A DNA stretch of 60,531 nucleotides from an uncultured Gemmatimonas sp. Its GTDB lineage: Bacteria > Gemmatimonadota > Gemmatimonadetes > Gemmatimonadales > Gemmatimonadaceae. Of the stretch, positions 1 through 9,850 are shown in pieces. The position numbers were made by a program, and so were the translations under genes. The notes under the pieces were generated by a model. It was not told the origin of the DNA and did no database searches. It saw only the letters and a program-made list of their open reading frames with translations. Each line of letters begins with the position of its first letter. Positions within the stretch are counted from its first letter, which is position 1. The DNA lies in contig CAZIDS010000001.1 of NCBI GenBank assembly GCA_964537945.1, forward strand, positions 1 to 60,531. Direction: 5' to 3'.

Positions 1-389
1 GCGAAGAAGGCGACCGAGTCGCTCTTCCCCTCGGAGACGTAGGTCATAACGCGCTGGAAGAGCCGGTCGGCGCGTTCCTCGGGTCCCATCTGCGAGATGT
101 CCGGTGCACGTCCGGACGGCGCGGTCGCGACAGGCGCCCCGCGCGCGGCCGCGGGACGGCGTCCGACGTTCTGCCCGACGATGAAGGCGAGCAGGCAGAG
201 CAGCGCGATGCCCGCGACGGCCCACGGCAGCACCGTGTTGACGGTCGGTCCGCCCGCGCCGTCGCCGGACGCACCGGCCGGGGCTGCGACGCGCCCGGAT
301 CCGTCGGTGGGACTGCCGCAGCGATGGCAGAACTTCGCGCTCGCGCGGATCGCGGCGCCGCAGGCGGTGCAGAAGCGCTGGTCGTTCAT
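1..389 (-). CDS. Zinc-ribbon membrane protein (3' end truncated by window edge; absent from ORF track)
   Basis: Manual translation from ATG at 389 on the minus strand gives MNDQRFCTACGAAIRASAKFCHRCGSP (two CxxC), then hydrophobic VLPWAVAGIALLCLLAFIVG. The frame stays open to the window edge. Confidence 0.8.
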   Translation of the reverse strand, partial: MNDQRFCTACGAAIRASAKFCHRCGSPTDGSGRVAAPAGASGDGAGGPTVNTVLPWAVAGIALLCLLAFIVGQNVGRRPAAARGAPVATAPSGRAPDISQMGPEERADRLFQRVMTYVSEGKSDSVAFF

Positions 390-472
390 CGGCGGAAAGC
401 TAATCGCGCGGGGGCGCACGTCGTGCGGTGCGGTGGCGCCGTGCCTCTCGGGGCGCCGATATTCCCCGGACG

Positions 473-1834
473 ATGACCGCCCCCCGCCCGATCCCGGCCG
501 ACCTGACCGGCGCGACGCCGAAGGAGATCCTCGAGCTCGCGCACGCGCACCAGGTGCGCTTCCTGCGACTGCAGTTCACCGACATCCTCGGCGTGAACAA
601 GAACGTCGAGGTGCCGGCCTCGCAATTCCAGAAGGCGCTCGCCGGCGACATCCTCTTCGACGGCTCGTCGATCGAGGGATTCGTGCGCGTCGAGGAGTCG
701 GACATGCTGCTGCGGCCCGACCTCGCGACGTTCCGCGTCTTCCCGTGGGGCGACCAGCACTCGCGCGTCGCGCGGGTGATCTGCGACGTGACGACGCCCG
801 AGGGCGAGCCGTTCGCGGGCGACCCGCGGCACGTGCTGAAGCGGCAGGTCGAGCGCGCGGCGAAACTGGGCTACGTGATGAACGCGGGGATGGAAGCCGA
901 GTTCTTCCTGTTCAAGCAGCCGGCCGACGGCAGCGCGGCGACGACGACCCACGACGTCGGCGGCTACTTCGACCTCGCGCCGATGGACCGGGGCGAGGAA
1001 GCGCGGCGCGCGATCGTCGCGACGCTCGAGCAGATGGGCTTCGAGGTGGAGGCGGCGCACCACGAGGTCGCGCACGGGCAGCACGAGATCGACTTCCGCT
1101 ACGCCGACGCCCTCACGACGGCCGACAACATCGCGACCTTCCGCTTCGTCGTGAAGCACGTCGCGCAGCAGTTCGGGCTGATGGCCTCGTTCATGCCGAA
1201 GCCGATCTTCGGGCAGAACGGGAGCGGCATGCACACGCACCAGTCGCTCTTCAAGGGCGGCGAGAACGCCTTCTTCGACGCGAAGGGCGAGTACCAGCTC
1301 TCGGCCGTCGCGCACCACTACATCGGCGGGCTGCTGAAGCACGCGCGCGGGATGAGCGCGATCACGAACCCGCTCGTGAACTCGTACAAGCGGCTCGTGC
1401 CGGGCTTCGAGGCGCCGGTGAACGTGGCGTGGTCGATGCGCAACCGCTCGCCGCTCATTCGCGTCCCGGCGCGGCGCGGCACGGGGACGCGCGTCGAGCT
1501 CCGCTCGCCCGACCCGGCGGCGAACCCCTACCTCGCGCTCGCCGTGATGCTCGCCGCCGGGCTCGACGGCATCGGGACCGGCGCGACGAGCCGCGAGCCG
1601 GTGAACGAGAACATCTACGAGATGAGCTTCCGCGAGCGCCGGCGCCTGCGGATCGACGACCTCCCGACGAGCCTGCACGAGGCGTGCGATGAGCTCGAGA
1701 AGGACGCCGAGATCCAGGAGGCACTCGGGCCGCACGTCACGGAGCACTTCCTCGCCGCGAAGCGCGAGGAGTGGCGCGACTACATCTCGCAGGTGTCGGC
1801 GTGGGAACTCGAGCAGTACCTGGCGAAGTACTGA
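473..1834 (+). CDS. glnA: Glutamine synthetase type I (GSI-alpha-like)
   Basis: Motifs FDGSSIEGF, EAEFFLF, HHEVAHGQHEI, FMPKPIFGQNGSGMHTHQS, NSYKRLVPGFEAP, RVELRSPDPAANPYL. Start moved to ATG 473. Confidence 0.96.
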   Translation: MTAPRPIPADLTGATPKEILELAHAHQVRFLRLQFTDILGVNKNVEVPASQFQKALAGDILFDGSSIEGFVRVEESDMLLRPDLATFRVFPWGDQHSRVARVICDVTTPEGEPFAGDPRHVLKRQVERAAKLGYVMNAGMEAEFFLFKQPADGSAATTTHDVGGYFDLAPMDRGEEARRAIVATLEQMGFEVEAAHHEVAHGQHEIDFRYADALTTADNIATFRFVVKHVAQQFGLMASFMPKPIFGQNGSGMHTHQSLFKGGENAFFDAKGEYQLSAVAHHYIGGLLKHARGMSAITNPLVNSYKRLVPGFEAPVNVAWSMRNRSPLIRVPARRGTGTRVELRSPDPAANPYLALAVMLAAGLDGIGTGATSREPVNENIYEMSFRERRRLRIDDLPTSLHEACDELEKDAEIQEALGPHVTEHFLAAKREEWRDYISQVSAWELEQYLAKY

Positions 1835-1841
1835 GGCCGCG

Positions 1842-2357
1842 ATGCGATCGATGCGCCGACTGCTGACCGCCCTCGCCGGCGCCGCGCTCTCCGCGTGCGG
1901 CGGCGCCGCCGCGACGACCGCCGAGACGGCACCCGCGCCGGCCGACGCCGCGCTCGCCGTGCCGGAGGGCGAGGTCGAGAAGACGGCCTTCGCCGAGGAG
2001 CTCAACGTCGTGCTGCTCGCGATGACGCGGCTGCCGACGGGGATCTACTATCGCGACGTCGAGCCGGGGACCGGCCAGCAGGCGGCGCCCGGGCGCGAGG
2101 TGCTGATGAGCTACATCGCGTACCTCGCGGACGGCACCGAGGTGGACCGCACCGCACCGGGCGCGCGGCCGCTCGCGTTCAAGGTCGGCGAGGGCGTCGT
2201 CATCCGCGGCTGGGACCTCGGCGTGCGCGGGATGCGCGTCGGCGGGACGCGGCAGCTCGTCGTGCCGTCGCGCTACGCGTACGGCCCGAGCGGCTCGGCC
2301 AAGGTGCCGGCGAACTCCGTGATGGTCTTCGTCGTGCGGCTCGACGGCGTCCGATGA
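1842..2357 (+). CDS. FKBP-type peptidyl-prolyl cis-trans isomerase, lipoprotein
   Basis: Lipobox LSAC after a hydrophobic stretch. FKBP motifs VIRGWDLGVRGMRVGGTRQLVVP and AYG...VPANS. Start at 1842 or 1851. Confidence 0.9.
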   Translation: MRSMRRLLTALAGAALSACGGAAATTAETAPAPADAALAVPEGEVEKTAFAEELNVVLLAMTRLPTGIYYRDVEPGTGQQAAPGREVLMSYIAYLADGTEVDRTAPGARPLAFKVGEGVVIRGWDLGVRGMRVGGTRQLVVPSRYAYGPSGSAKVPANSVMVFVVRLDGVR

Positions 2358-2800
2358 GACGGATCGCGGCCGCGGTGCTGCTGTCGGTCGCCGCGGCCAG
2401 CGCCGCGTCCGGCGCCGCGGCCGGCGCCGCGCCGAGTCCGCCGCCGCCGGTGATGCCGCCGCTGGGCCGCTTCACCGACGACTACGGTGGCACGCACGTG
2501 GTGTCCCGCACCGAGTGGCAGCAGGGCACGAAGGCGCGCTACACGATCGTCGCGTGGCATCCCGAGGGCCGCTATCTCATCGCGCAGAACGGGCCCGACA
2601 ACCCTGGCGCGCCCGGGAAGTGGACGCGCATCGACTGGGTGCTGCTCGAGGGGATGGCGCCCTGGACCTGGGCGTTCTGCTTCAGCGCCTACGAGGCTCC
2701 GACGCGCGACAGCGCCGAGGCGACGCGGATCGCGAAGCCGGAGACACCCCGCACCGGATGCAACGGCTTCCCGTACTCACGGCTGAAGCCCGCCGAGTGA
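2354..2800 (+). CDS. Secreted hypothetical protein
   Basis: ATGA overlap with the FKBP stop. Signal peptide MRRIAAAVLLSVAAASA, Pro linker, then a Trp/Tyr-rich globular domain with two Cys. Confidence 0.75.
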   Translation: MRRIAAAVLLSVAAASAASGAAAGAAPSPPPPVMPPLGRFTDDYGGTHVVSRTEWQQGTKARYTIVAWHPEGRYLIAQNGPDNPGAPGKWTRIDWVLLEGMAPWTWAFCFSAYEAPTRDSAEATRIAKPETPRTGCNGFPYSRLKPAE

Positions 2801-2811
2801 CGGGCTGTCGA

Positions 2812-3192
2812 TCACTTCTGGCGCGTGCCCGTGAAGTTCGCGCCGCCCTGTCCCGCGAAGTCCACCGTGCCGCGCAGATGGTCCGCGTCGACGATGACGC
2901 CCGCGAAGCTGAGCACGATGCTGGCGTCGCCGCCGGCCGATAGCTCGAACTTCACCGAGTCGCCCTTCACGCTGCCCTTCAGCTGGCGCAGGCCGAGCAT
3001 GCGGGAATCGTAGGTGCCGGTGAGCGCGTCGCCTTTCTGCTCGAACTTCACGGTCGGCGTGCCGGTGCCGTTCTCGGTGATCACCTCGAACGCCCACGTG
3101 CCGGTGAGGTCGTGGAAGACGGTGGCCGCGAGCGCGGCGGTGGCGGAGAGAGCGAGCGCCGCGATGATGGCGGCGAGCCGGAACGAACGCAT
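2812..3192 (-). CDS. Small secreted beta-rich hypothetical protein
   Basis: Signal peptide MRSFRLAAIIAALALSATAALA, then DLTGTW and an alternating beta-strand pattern. GAGG upstream. Confidence 0.8.
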   Translation of the reverse strand: MRSFRLAAIIAALALSATAALAATVFHDLTGTWAFEVITENGTGTPTVKFEQKGDALTGTYDSRMLGLRQLKGSVKGDSVKFELSAGGDASIVLSFAGVIVDADHLRGTVDFAGQGGANFTGTRQK

Positions 3193-3218
3193 CGGAAGGG
3201 ACCTCGGGGAATGACGCA

Positions 3219-3245
3219 GGGGCGCGCCCGGGATGGACGCGCCCC
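3219..3245 (-). terminator. GC-rich stem-loop downstream of the VPS10-like gene
   Basis: Minus strand GGGGCGCGTCC-ATCCC-GGGCGCGCCCC. No U-tract, so it may be a stabilising hairpin instead. Confidence 0.4.
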
Positions 3246-3265
3246 CTGTCGTACGCGAAAACTAA

Positions 3266-6200
3266 CTACGGCAGCGTGAGCGCGAGCCCCGACGGCTTGA
3301 GCTGGTCATTGAGCCGCGGCACTCGCGCGAGCAGCGCCTCCGCCTCCTTGATCGCCTCGTCGAGCGCCTTCATCGCGTCGCCGGAGTTGCGCGTGGTCGA
3401 TGCGCTCGGTGCCTCCCAGATGCCGATGAGCAGGCCCTTCAACTGGCCGACGCGTGCGAGCGAGTTGCCCGGCGCCGCGAACTGCCCGCCGAAGCCGCCG
3501 CCACCACCACCGCCGCCGGGACCGCCGCCCTGGCCACCGGGCGCCGGCGCGCCAGGCAGCCGGCCCGGCTGCACACCGAATTTCACGCGGATCGTGTTGA
3601 AGTCGGCCTTGAATGCGTCGTACGCGGTCTTCATCTCCGGCGTGAGGGCGGGGGTCGAGTCGCGCTTGGAGTCGAAGAGCGCGACCTGCGAGGCGAGCTG
3701 GCCGAGGCGCGTGGCGACGGTCTGTCCGCGCTGCTGCGACGCGTGCAGCTCGTTGACGAGCTTGTCGTACGCGACGCGCTGCGCACCCGCGAAGCGCTCC
3801 TCGACCTTCGGGTCCATGATGATGCGCATGGGCTTCGAGTCGATGACGGTGCCATCGGCGACCAGCGAGACGGTGTAGTTCCCGGGCGTCACGTACGGAC
3901 CCGCGTTCGCGCCGCCGCCACCGAATCCGCCGAAGCCACCACCACCGCCGGGCCCGCCGCCGGGCCCGCCCGCGGCGCACGGATTCTGCGGCTTGTAGCC
4001 CGGTTCGGGGAGGTTCACGGGCACGCCCGGCACCGCCGGCGGACGATTGCCGCCCTGGCCGAACTGCCCGCCGCCGCCTCCGCCGCCGCCGCCACCGAAT
4101 CCGCCGCCGCCGGCGGGCGCGCCCGTGATCGGCGCGACGCGCTGGTCCCAGCACACGGTCTGGATGCCCGCGCGGTTCTTCGACGCCGGGACGGTCAGTT
4201 CACGCACGACGCGATTGCCGCTCGAGATGCGCACGAGCAGCGCCTGCGGCGGCGTCTTCACGAAGAACGAGATCACCGCCTCGACCGGCGGGTTCTCGCC
4301 GATGAAGGTCTGGTGCCCCCAGAACTCGTCGTTGCGGTCATCCTTGGCCTTCCACTGCAGCGCGGTCGGGACCGAGAAGAGGCGCGCGTTCGCGACCGAC
4401 TGCGCCGCGGCCCACTCCTGGATCGGCTCGAGGTGGTCGAGCACCCAGATCGCACGACCGTGCGATGCGACGAGCATCGCGTTGTCGCGCGGGTGGATGG
4501 TGATCTCGTCGACGCGGACGTTCGGGAAGTTCGCGCGCAGGCGCTTCCACGTCGCACCGCGGTCGAGCGTGAGGAAGATGCCCGACTCGGTGCCGGCGTA
4601 GAGGATGTCGGCGTTGCGCGTGTCCTCGGTGATCGTGTGCACGACCTCGCCGGCGAGGCCGGCGTCGATGCGGCGGAAGGTCGCGCCGTGGTCGGTCGTG
4701 ACCCAGATGTACGGCGCGTAGTTGTTCTGCCGGTGATCGTCGACCGAGACGTACGCCGTCGCCGCGTCGAAGCGCGAGGGGACGACCTCGGAGACGAAGG
4801 CGCCGGCGGGGAAGCCGCCGAGGCGCGACGTGACGTCGGTCCAGGTGCGGCCGCCATCGCGGGTCATCTGCACGGCGCCGTCATCGGTGCCGGCCCAGAT
4901 CACGCCGGGCTGCTTCGGCGACTCGGCGAGCGCGACGATCGCGGGCCAGCTCGCGATGCCGTCGTTGCGCGCGATGGTGATGTCGGAGTTCTTCACGCCG
5001 AACATCGTCGAGTCGTTGCGGTTCCCGTTCCGCGTGAGGTCGGGGGAGATGACCTCCCACGAGTCGCCGCGGTCGGTGGAGCGGAAGACGCGGTTGCCGG
5101 CGATGAAGAGCACGCCCGGCTGCGCGCCGTGGATCATCGGCGTGTCCCAGTGGAAGCGGAACGCCTCACCGGCGGCGGGCGCCGGCGTCACGTTGCCGGC
5201 ATTCGGCCGGATGGAACGCGACTCGCCGGTCACGACGTTGCGGCGGATCGTGTTGCCGTCCTGGGACTCGGTGTAGACCCAGCGCGAGTCGCGCGGGTCG
5301 GGGATGGCGACGAAGCCGTCGCCGCCGAGGATCTGGAACCAGTCGTAGTTGTAGATGCCCGCACCGTGCCGCGACGCGCTCGGCCCGCACCAATCGTAGT
5401 TGTCCTGCATCCCGCCGCAGATGTTGTACGGCACCTCCATGTCGTAGCCGACATGGTAGAAGAGGCCGACAGGCAGGTTGGGGATGAAGGTCCAGGTCTT
5501 CGACATGTCCCACGACACGGCGAGGCCGCCGTCATTGCCGATCAGGATGTGCTCGGAGTTCGCCGGGTCGATCCAGATCGCGTGGACGTCGTCGTGCGTC
5601 ACGCGCGCGGCGTCCTGTTCGAAGGTCTTGCCGCCGTCGATGGTCATCTGCACGCCGACGCCGCCCATGTAGACGCGGTCGGCGTTGTTGGGGTCGACGC
5701 GGACCTGCGAGAAGTACATCGGGCGCGGATTGTTGTTGCTCACCATGCGCCAGGTCGCGCCGGCGTCGGTCGACTTCCAGACGCCGGTCTTGCCGGAGTC
5801 GGCGGGCGTGGTCGTGGGCGCCTCGACGCTCGCATACACGATGTTCGGGTCCTGCCGGTAGACGTCGATGCCGATGCGACCGAGCGGTCCGGTGGGGAAG
5901 CCGCCCGCGAGCCTCGTCCAGGTCTCGCCGCCGTCCGTGCTCTTGAAGAGACCGCTGCCGGGCCCGCCGCCGTTCATGCAGCAGTTGGTGCGCCGGCGCT
6001 GGTACATCGACGCGTAGAGCACCTTCGGGTCCTTCGACGACATCGCGATGTCGTTGGCGCCGGTGTTCTCGTCGCCGCCGAGGACCTTGCGCCAGGTGCG
6101 GCCGCCGTCGGTGGTCTTGTAGACGCCGCGCTCGCCGCCGGGGCCCCAGAGCGGGCCGGTGGCGGCGACGAAGACGACGTCATTGTTCGTCGGGTCGATC

Positions 6201-6649
6201 AGGATGCGGTTGATGTGCTTCGAGTCGCGGAGCCCCATCGGCGCGAAGGTCCGGCCGCCGTCGGTGCTCTTCCAGAGCCCGTCGCCCCAGCCGGTGGACT
6301 GGCGGTTGTTCGACTCGCCGGCGCCGACCCAGACGAGGTCGGGGTTCGTCTGCGAGATGGTGACGTCGCCGAGCGAGAGGAGCCCCTGGTCCTGCAGCAG
6401 GGGCGTCCACATCGCGCCGCCGGAGGTCGTCTTCCAGAGGCCGCCGTGCGCGGTCGCGACGTACCAGACGGCGGTGTTCCTCTCGTAGACGTCGATGTCG
6501 GCGATGCGGCCGGACATCGTGGCGGGGCCGATCGAGCGGAAGTGCAGCGCGTCGAATTCGGTCGCGACGGGCAGCTGTGCGCGGGCGGGCATCGCCGCAG
6601 TGGCCAGAAGGAGGGCAGCGGCGAAGGCCCGGTGGTGCCGGAGATTCAC
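3266..6649 (-). CDS. VPS10/sortilin-like BNR (Asp-box) beta-propeller protein, secreted
   Basis: RSIGPATMSGRI N-terminal motif. Many Asp-boxes (KSTDGGRTF, KTTDGGRTW, KSTDGGETW, RSTDRGDSW). GTG 6649 with GGAG upstream and a signal peptide ending ARA-Q. Confidence 0.9.
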   Translation of the reverse strand: MNLRHHRAFAAALLLATAAMPARAQLPVATEFDALHFRSIGPATMSGRIADIDVYERNTAVWYVATAHGGLWKTTSGGAMWTPLLQDQGLLSLGDVTISQTNPDLVWVGAGESNNRQSTGWGDGLWKSTDGGRTFAPMGLRDSKHINRILIDPTNNDVVFVAATGPLWGPGGERGVYKTTDGGRTWRKVLGGDENTGANDIAMSSKDPKVLYASMYQRRRTNCCMNGGGPGSGLFKSTDGGETWTRLAGGFPTGPLGRIGIDVYRQDPNIVYASVEAPTTTPADSGKTGVWKSTDAGATWRMVSNNNPRPMYFSQVRVDPNNADRVYMGGVGVQMTIDGGKTFEQDAARVTHDDVHAIWIDPANSEHILIGNDGGLAVSWDMSKTWTFIPNLPVGLFYHVGYDMEVPYNICGGMQDNYDWCGPSASRHGAGIYNYDWFQILGGDGFVAIPDPRDSRWVYTESQDGNTIRRNVVTGESRSIRPNAGNVTPAPAAGEAFRFHWDTPMIHGAQPGVLFIAGNRVFRSTDRGDSWEVISPDLTRNGNRNDSTMFGVKNSDITIARNDGIASWPAIVALAESPKQPGVIWAGTDDGAVQMTRDGGRTWTDVTSRLGGFPAGAFVSEVVPSRFDAATAYVSVDDHRQNNYAPYIWVTTDHGATFRRIDAGLAGEVVHTITEDTRNADILYAGTESGIFLTLDRGATWKRLRANFPNVRVDEITIHPRDNAMLVASHGRAIWVLDHLEPIQEWAAAQSVANARLFSVPTALQWKAKDDRNDEFWGHQTFIGENPPVEAVISFFVKTPPQALLVRISSGNRVVRELTVPASKNRAGIQTVCWDQRVAPITGAPAGGGGFGGGGGGGGGGQFGQGGNRPPAVPGVPVNLPEPGYKPQNPCAAGGPGGGPGGGGGFGGFGGGGANAGPYVTPGNYTVSLVADGTVIDSKPMRIIMDPKVEERFAGAQRVAYDKLVNELHASQQRGQTVATRLGQLASQVALFDSKRDSTPALTPEMKTAYDAFKADFNTIRVKFGVQPGRLPGAPAPGGQGGGPGGGGGGGGFGGQFAAPGNSLARVGQLKGLLIGIWEAPSASTTRNSGDAMKALDEAIKEAEALLARVPRLNDQLKPSGLALTLP

Positions 6650-6737
6650 GGGATGCTCCACGTGCGGGGGATGGAAGGGTGCCGTCGTAGAACGTACCGC
6701 GGGGCCGCACCGCTGGGGAGCGCGTAGCTTTCCGCGC

Positions 6738-9041
6738 ATGAGACTCCTGCTCCGCGTGCTCGGCGTCGTCGTCGTGCTGGTCCTCCTCCTCGCGGCCGGC
6801 GCCTGGTTCGGCGGGCGCGCCTACCTCGCGCGCTCGGTCGCGCAGCACGATGGGACGGCGGTGGCGCCAGGGCTCGGCGCCGAGGTGGAGGTGCTGTTCG
6901 ACGCGCGCGGCGTGCCGCAGCTGTACGCGAGCACCGAGGCGGACGCGCGCTATGCGATCGGCTGGCTGCACGCGAGCGAACGGCTCTTCCAGATGGAGCT
7001 CACGCGGCGGATGGCGCGCGGCGAACTCTCCGAGCTCTTCGGGCCGGTCGCGGCCGACCTCGACGAGCAGCAGCGGCGGCTGGGCTTCGCGTGGCAGAAC
7101 GCGCGCGACCTGCCGTCACTCGACTCGGCCGCGCGCGCGAGCCTCGAGCAGTACGTGGCCGGCGTGAACGCGTGGGTCGCGCAGGCGCGGCCGCTGCCGC
7201 CCGAGTTCGTGCTGCTCGGCTTCGCGCCGCGACCGTGGACGGTCGAGGACGTGTCACTGGTGGGCTTCTACCAGAGCTGGTTCGCGCTTTCGCTGATGGA
7301 CAAGGGGAAGGACTATCGCGAGGCGTTCGCGAAGCTCGGCGGCGACGCGAACCGGCTCGCGCACGCGGTGCAGGAGTGGTCGCCGGCGACGGTGCCGGAG
7401 ACGCAGGGGTCGCTGCGGATGACGAAAGCGTCGAACTCGTGGGTCGTGGCGCCCGCGCACTCGGCGAGCGGCGCGGCGCTGCACGCGTCCGACCCGCACC
7501 TCGAGCTCTCGAGCGCGCCCGGTCTCTGGTACGCGCTCGGCGTGCACACCGCCGACGGCATCGACGCCGTCGGCATCAGCGGGCCCGGGCTGCCGAACGT
7601 CTCGATGGGCCACAACCGCGACGCGAGCTGGGCGTTCACCGTCGCGCCGATCGACCTCATCGACGACTACAAGGAAGTGATCACGGGCGCCGACGGCGAC
7701 ACGCCGCGGCTGCAGCGCGTGGACGGGAGCGAGCCGGTGCTGGTGGATGTGGACACCATCGCGATCAAGGGCGCCGCGCCGCGCATCGTGCGGTTCCTGC
7801 GCACCTCGCGGGGCCCGGTGACGTCGATGCAGGGCGACACCGCGCTCGTGATGCACTGGGCCGGCTACGACTTCCCGGCGTGGAGCGTCGCGAAGGGCGC
7901 GGGCGCGCTGATGCGCACGACCGACTTCGAGCAGTTCCGTCGGACCGTGACCGCGACGGGCTCGCTGAGCGTGAACTGGACCTACGCCGACCGGAACGGG
8001 CACATCGGCTACGTGCTCGGCGCGCCGGTGCCCGTGCGTGACGGCTATGACACCTTCACGCCGCAATGGGGGATCGACCCGCGCGCACAGTGGCGCGGCT
8101 TCCGGCCGCTGGCCGAGCGGCCGTTCGCGCTCGACCCCGCGCAGGGCTGGCTCGCGACGGCGAACGACCAGGTCTTCGGGTCGCGCGGGCCGTACGAGCT
8201 GCCGGGCTATTACGACAACATGCGGAAGACGCGCATCGCGGCGATCCTCGACAGCGCGCTGCGCGTGGGGAAGGTGGATGCATCGGCGATGACCCGCGGG
8301 CAGCTCGACCTCGTCTCGGGGAACGCGCGTCGCTGGCGCCTGCTCGCCGCCGCGGCAGCCGATTCGGCGGGGAACGCCGAGGCCGCGCGGTCGCTGCGCG
8401 AGTGGAACGGCTCGATGACGACGCGCGACGTCCCGGCGACGCTCTGGGCCTACTGGTGGGAGCGGCTGCCGCGGGAGCTGTTCGAGGACGAGCTCGGCGC
8501 CGACTGGCCCAAGGCGGCGTCGCTGACCGTCGCCGTGCTCGAGGACAGCGCGCACGCGTTCGCCGACGACATCCGGACGCCGGCGCGCGAGTCGCTGGAG
8601 CAGGTCGCCGCGCGCGCGATGCGCGCCGCGCTCGCCGAGGACTGGCGGCGTCCGTTCGGCGAGATGCAGACACTCACGGTGCGGCATCCGCTCGCCGCGG
8701 TGCGCGCGCTCGACGCGTGGCTGGGGCTGACGCGCGGGCCGATCGCGATCGGCGGCGACGACGGCACGCTCGCGGCGGCGTTCACGCGCTACGACACGAC
8801 GGCGCACGCGCTGCACGACGAGGCCGGGCCGAGCATGCGGTTCGTGATGGACTGGGCCGACCCGGACGGCTTCACGCTGAGCCGCCACCTCGGGCAGTCA
8901 GGCAATCCGCTGAGCCCGCACTTCGACGACTTCCTGCTGCCGCACCTCGCCGGCGAGCCGTGGCCGATGCCGTTCACTCGCGCGCGGGTCGAAGCGCGGG
9001 CGGTCAGCCGACTCCGGCTCGTGCCTGCGCCGCAGCCGTAG
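6738..9041 (+). CDS. Penicillin acylase family (Ntn-hydrolase, peptidase S45), membrane-anchored
   Basis: N-terminal TM. Motifs DARGVP, GWLHASERLFQMELTRR, beta-chain start SNSWVV, ASDPHL, GQSGNPLSPHFDD. Confidence 0.93.
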   Translation: MRLLLRVLGVVVVLVLLLAAGAWFGGRAYLARSVAQHDGTAVAPGLGAEVEVLFDARGVPQLYASTEADARYAIGWLHASERLFQMELTRRMARGELSELFGPVAADLDEQQRRLGFAWQNARDLPSLDSAARASLEQYVAGVNAWVAQARPLPPEFVLLGFAPRPWTVEDVSLVGFYQSWFALSLMDKGKDYREAFAKLGGDANRLAHAVQEWSPATVPETQGSLRMTKASNSWVVAPAHSASGAALHASDPHLELSSAPGLWYALGVHTADGIDAVGISGPGLPNVSMGHNRDASWAFTVAPIDLIDDYKEVITGADGDTPRLQRVDGSEPVLVDVDTIAIKGAAPRIVRFLRTSRGPVTSMQGDTALVMHWAGYDFPAWSVAKGAGALMRTTDFEQFRRTVTATGSLSVNWTYADRNGHIGYVLGAPVPVRDGYDTFTPQWGIDPRAQWRGFRPLAERPFALDPAQGWLATANDQVFGSRGPYELPGYYDNMRKTRIAAILDSALRVGKVDASAMTRGQLDLVSGNARRWRLLAAAAADSAGNAEAARSLREWNGSMTTRDVPATLWAYWWERLPRELFEDELGADWPKAASLTVAVLEDSAHAFADDIRTPARESLEQVAARAMRAALAEDWRRPFGEMQTLTVRHPLAAVRALDAWLGLTRGPIAIGGDDGTLAAAFTRYDTTAHALHDEAGPSMRFVMDWADPDGFTLSRHLGQSGNPLSPHFDDFLLPHLAGEPWPMPFTRARVEARAVSRLRLVPAPQP

Positions 9042-9057
9042 CGGGGGCTGTTCGGGC

Positions 9058-9085
9058 TAAGGTCGGGCGCGGTGGCTGCCGATAC
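9058..9085 (+). promoter_or_regulatory. Sigma28 (FliA/SigD)-like promoter
   Basis: TAAG-N16-GCCGATAC ending 14 nt before ATG 9100. Consensus is TAAA-N15-GCCGATAA. Confidence 0.45.
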
Positions 9086-9099
9086 TCATCGCAGCCACC

Positions 9100-9786
9100 A
9101 TGTCCAAGCGCATCTCCTTCCTCCTCCGGTTCATCGCGGCGCTCGCCGTCGCGCTGTCGCTCGCGTGCGCGAAGGACCCGGCCGCGCCGGCGCCGATCGC
9201 GGCGCTCGTGATCGTGCAGGGCGAGGGCCAGGCGGCGCAGGCAGGGCGCGCGCTCCCGACGCCGATCATCCTCCGCGCGGTGGATTCGCTCGGCAACGGG
9301 ATCGAGGGGCGCACCATCTCGCTCGTCATCGGCTCAGGCGGCGGGTCGGTGACCCCGACGGCGGCCGAATCGAACGATCTCGGCGAGATCAGCGCCGCGT
9401 GGACGCTCGGTCCGGGCGCGACGAGCCAGTCGCTGGTCGCGACCGCGTCGGGCCTGCAGCCGACGATCGTGAACGCGACCGGTCTCGTGCCGACGCAGGT
9501 CGTGATCGTGCAGGGCAACAACCAGACGGCGCGCGCTGCCGCGGCGCTCGCGACGCAGATCGTGATCCGCGTGCTTGGTGCCGGCAACGTGCCGATGGTG
9601 GGCATCCCGGTCGCGTTCCAGGTGACCGCGGGCGGGGGGTCGTTCACGCCGCAGACGATGAACACGAACGCGACCGGCGAGGTCACCGTGCGCTGGACGC
9701 TCGGCGCCGTCGCGGGCGCGAACAGTGCGTCGGTGCAGGTGACGACGCTCGATCCGGTGGTCCTCAGCGCGACGGGCACGCCGTAA
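9100..9786 (+). CDS. Lipoprotein with two bacterial Ig-like (Big_1-type) domains
   Basis: Lipobox SLAC. Two internal repeats of IVQGxxQ...GGGS.TP...G...WTLG. Confidence 0.85.
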   Translation: MSKRISFLLRFIAALAVALSLACAKDPAAPAPIAALVIVQGEGQAAQAGRALPTPIILRAVDSLGNGIEGRTISLVIGSGGGSVTPTAAESNDLGEISAAWTLGPGATSQSLVATASGLQPTIVNATGLVPTQVVIVQGNNQTARAAAALATQIVIRVLGAGNVPMVGIPVAFQVTAGGGSFTPQTMNTNATGEVTVRWTLGAVAGANSASVQVTTLDPVVLSATGTP

Positions 9787-9850
9787 GCGCTGCGCGCCGC
9801 ACCGCGGCGCGCGCACTACCACTCGCGCATCCGGCCTGCAGATTCAGGCG

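Noticed and set aside
455..462. GCCGATAT sigma28 -10-like box before glnA
   Set aside because: No TAAA-like -35 element at the required distance (GCGC is found there).
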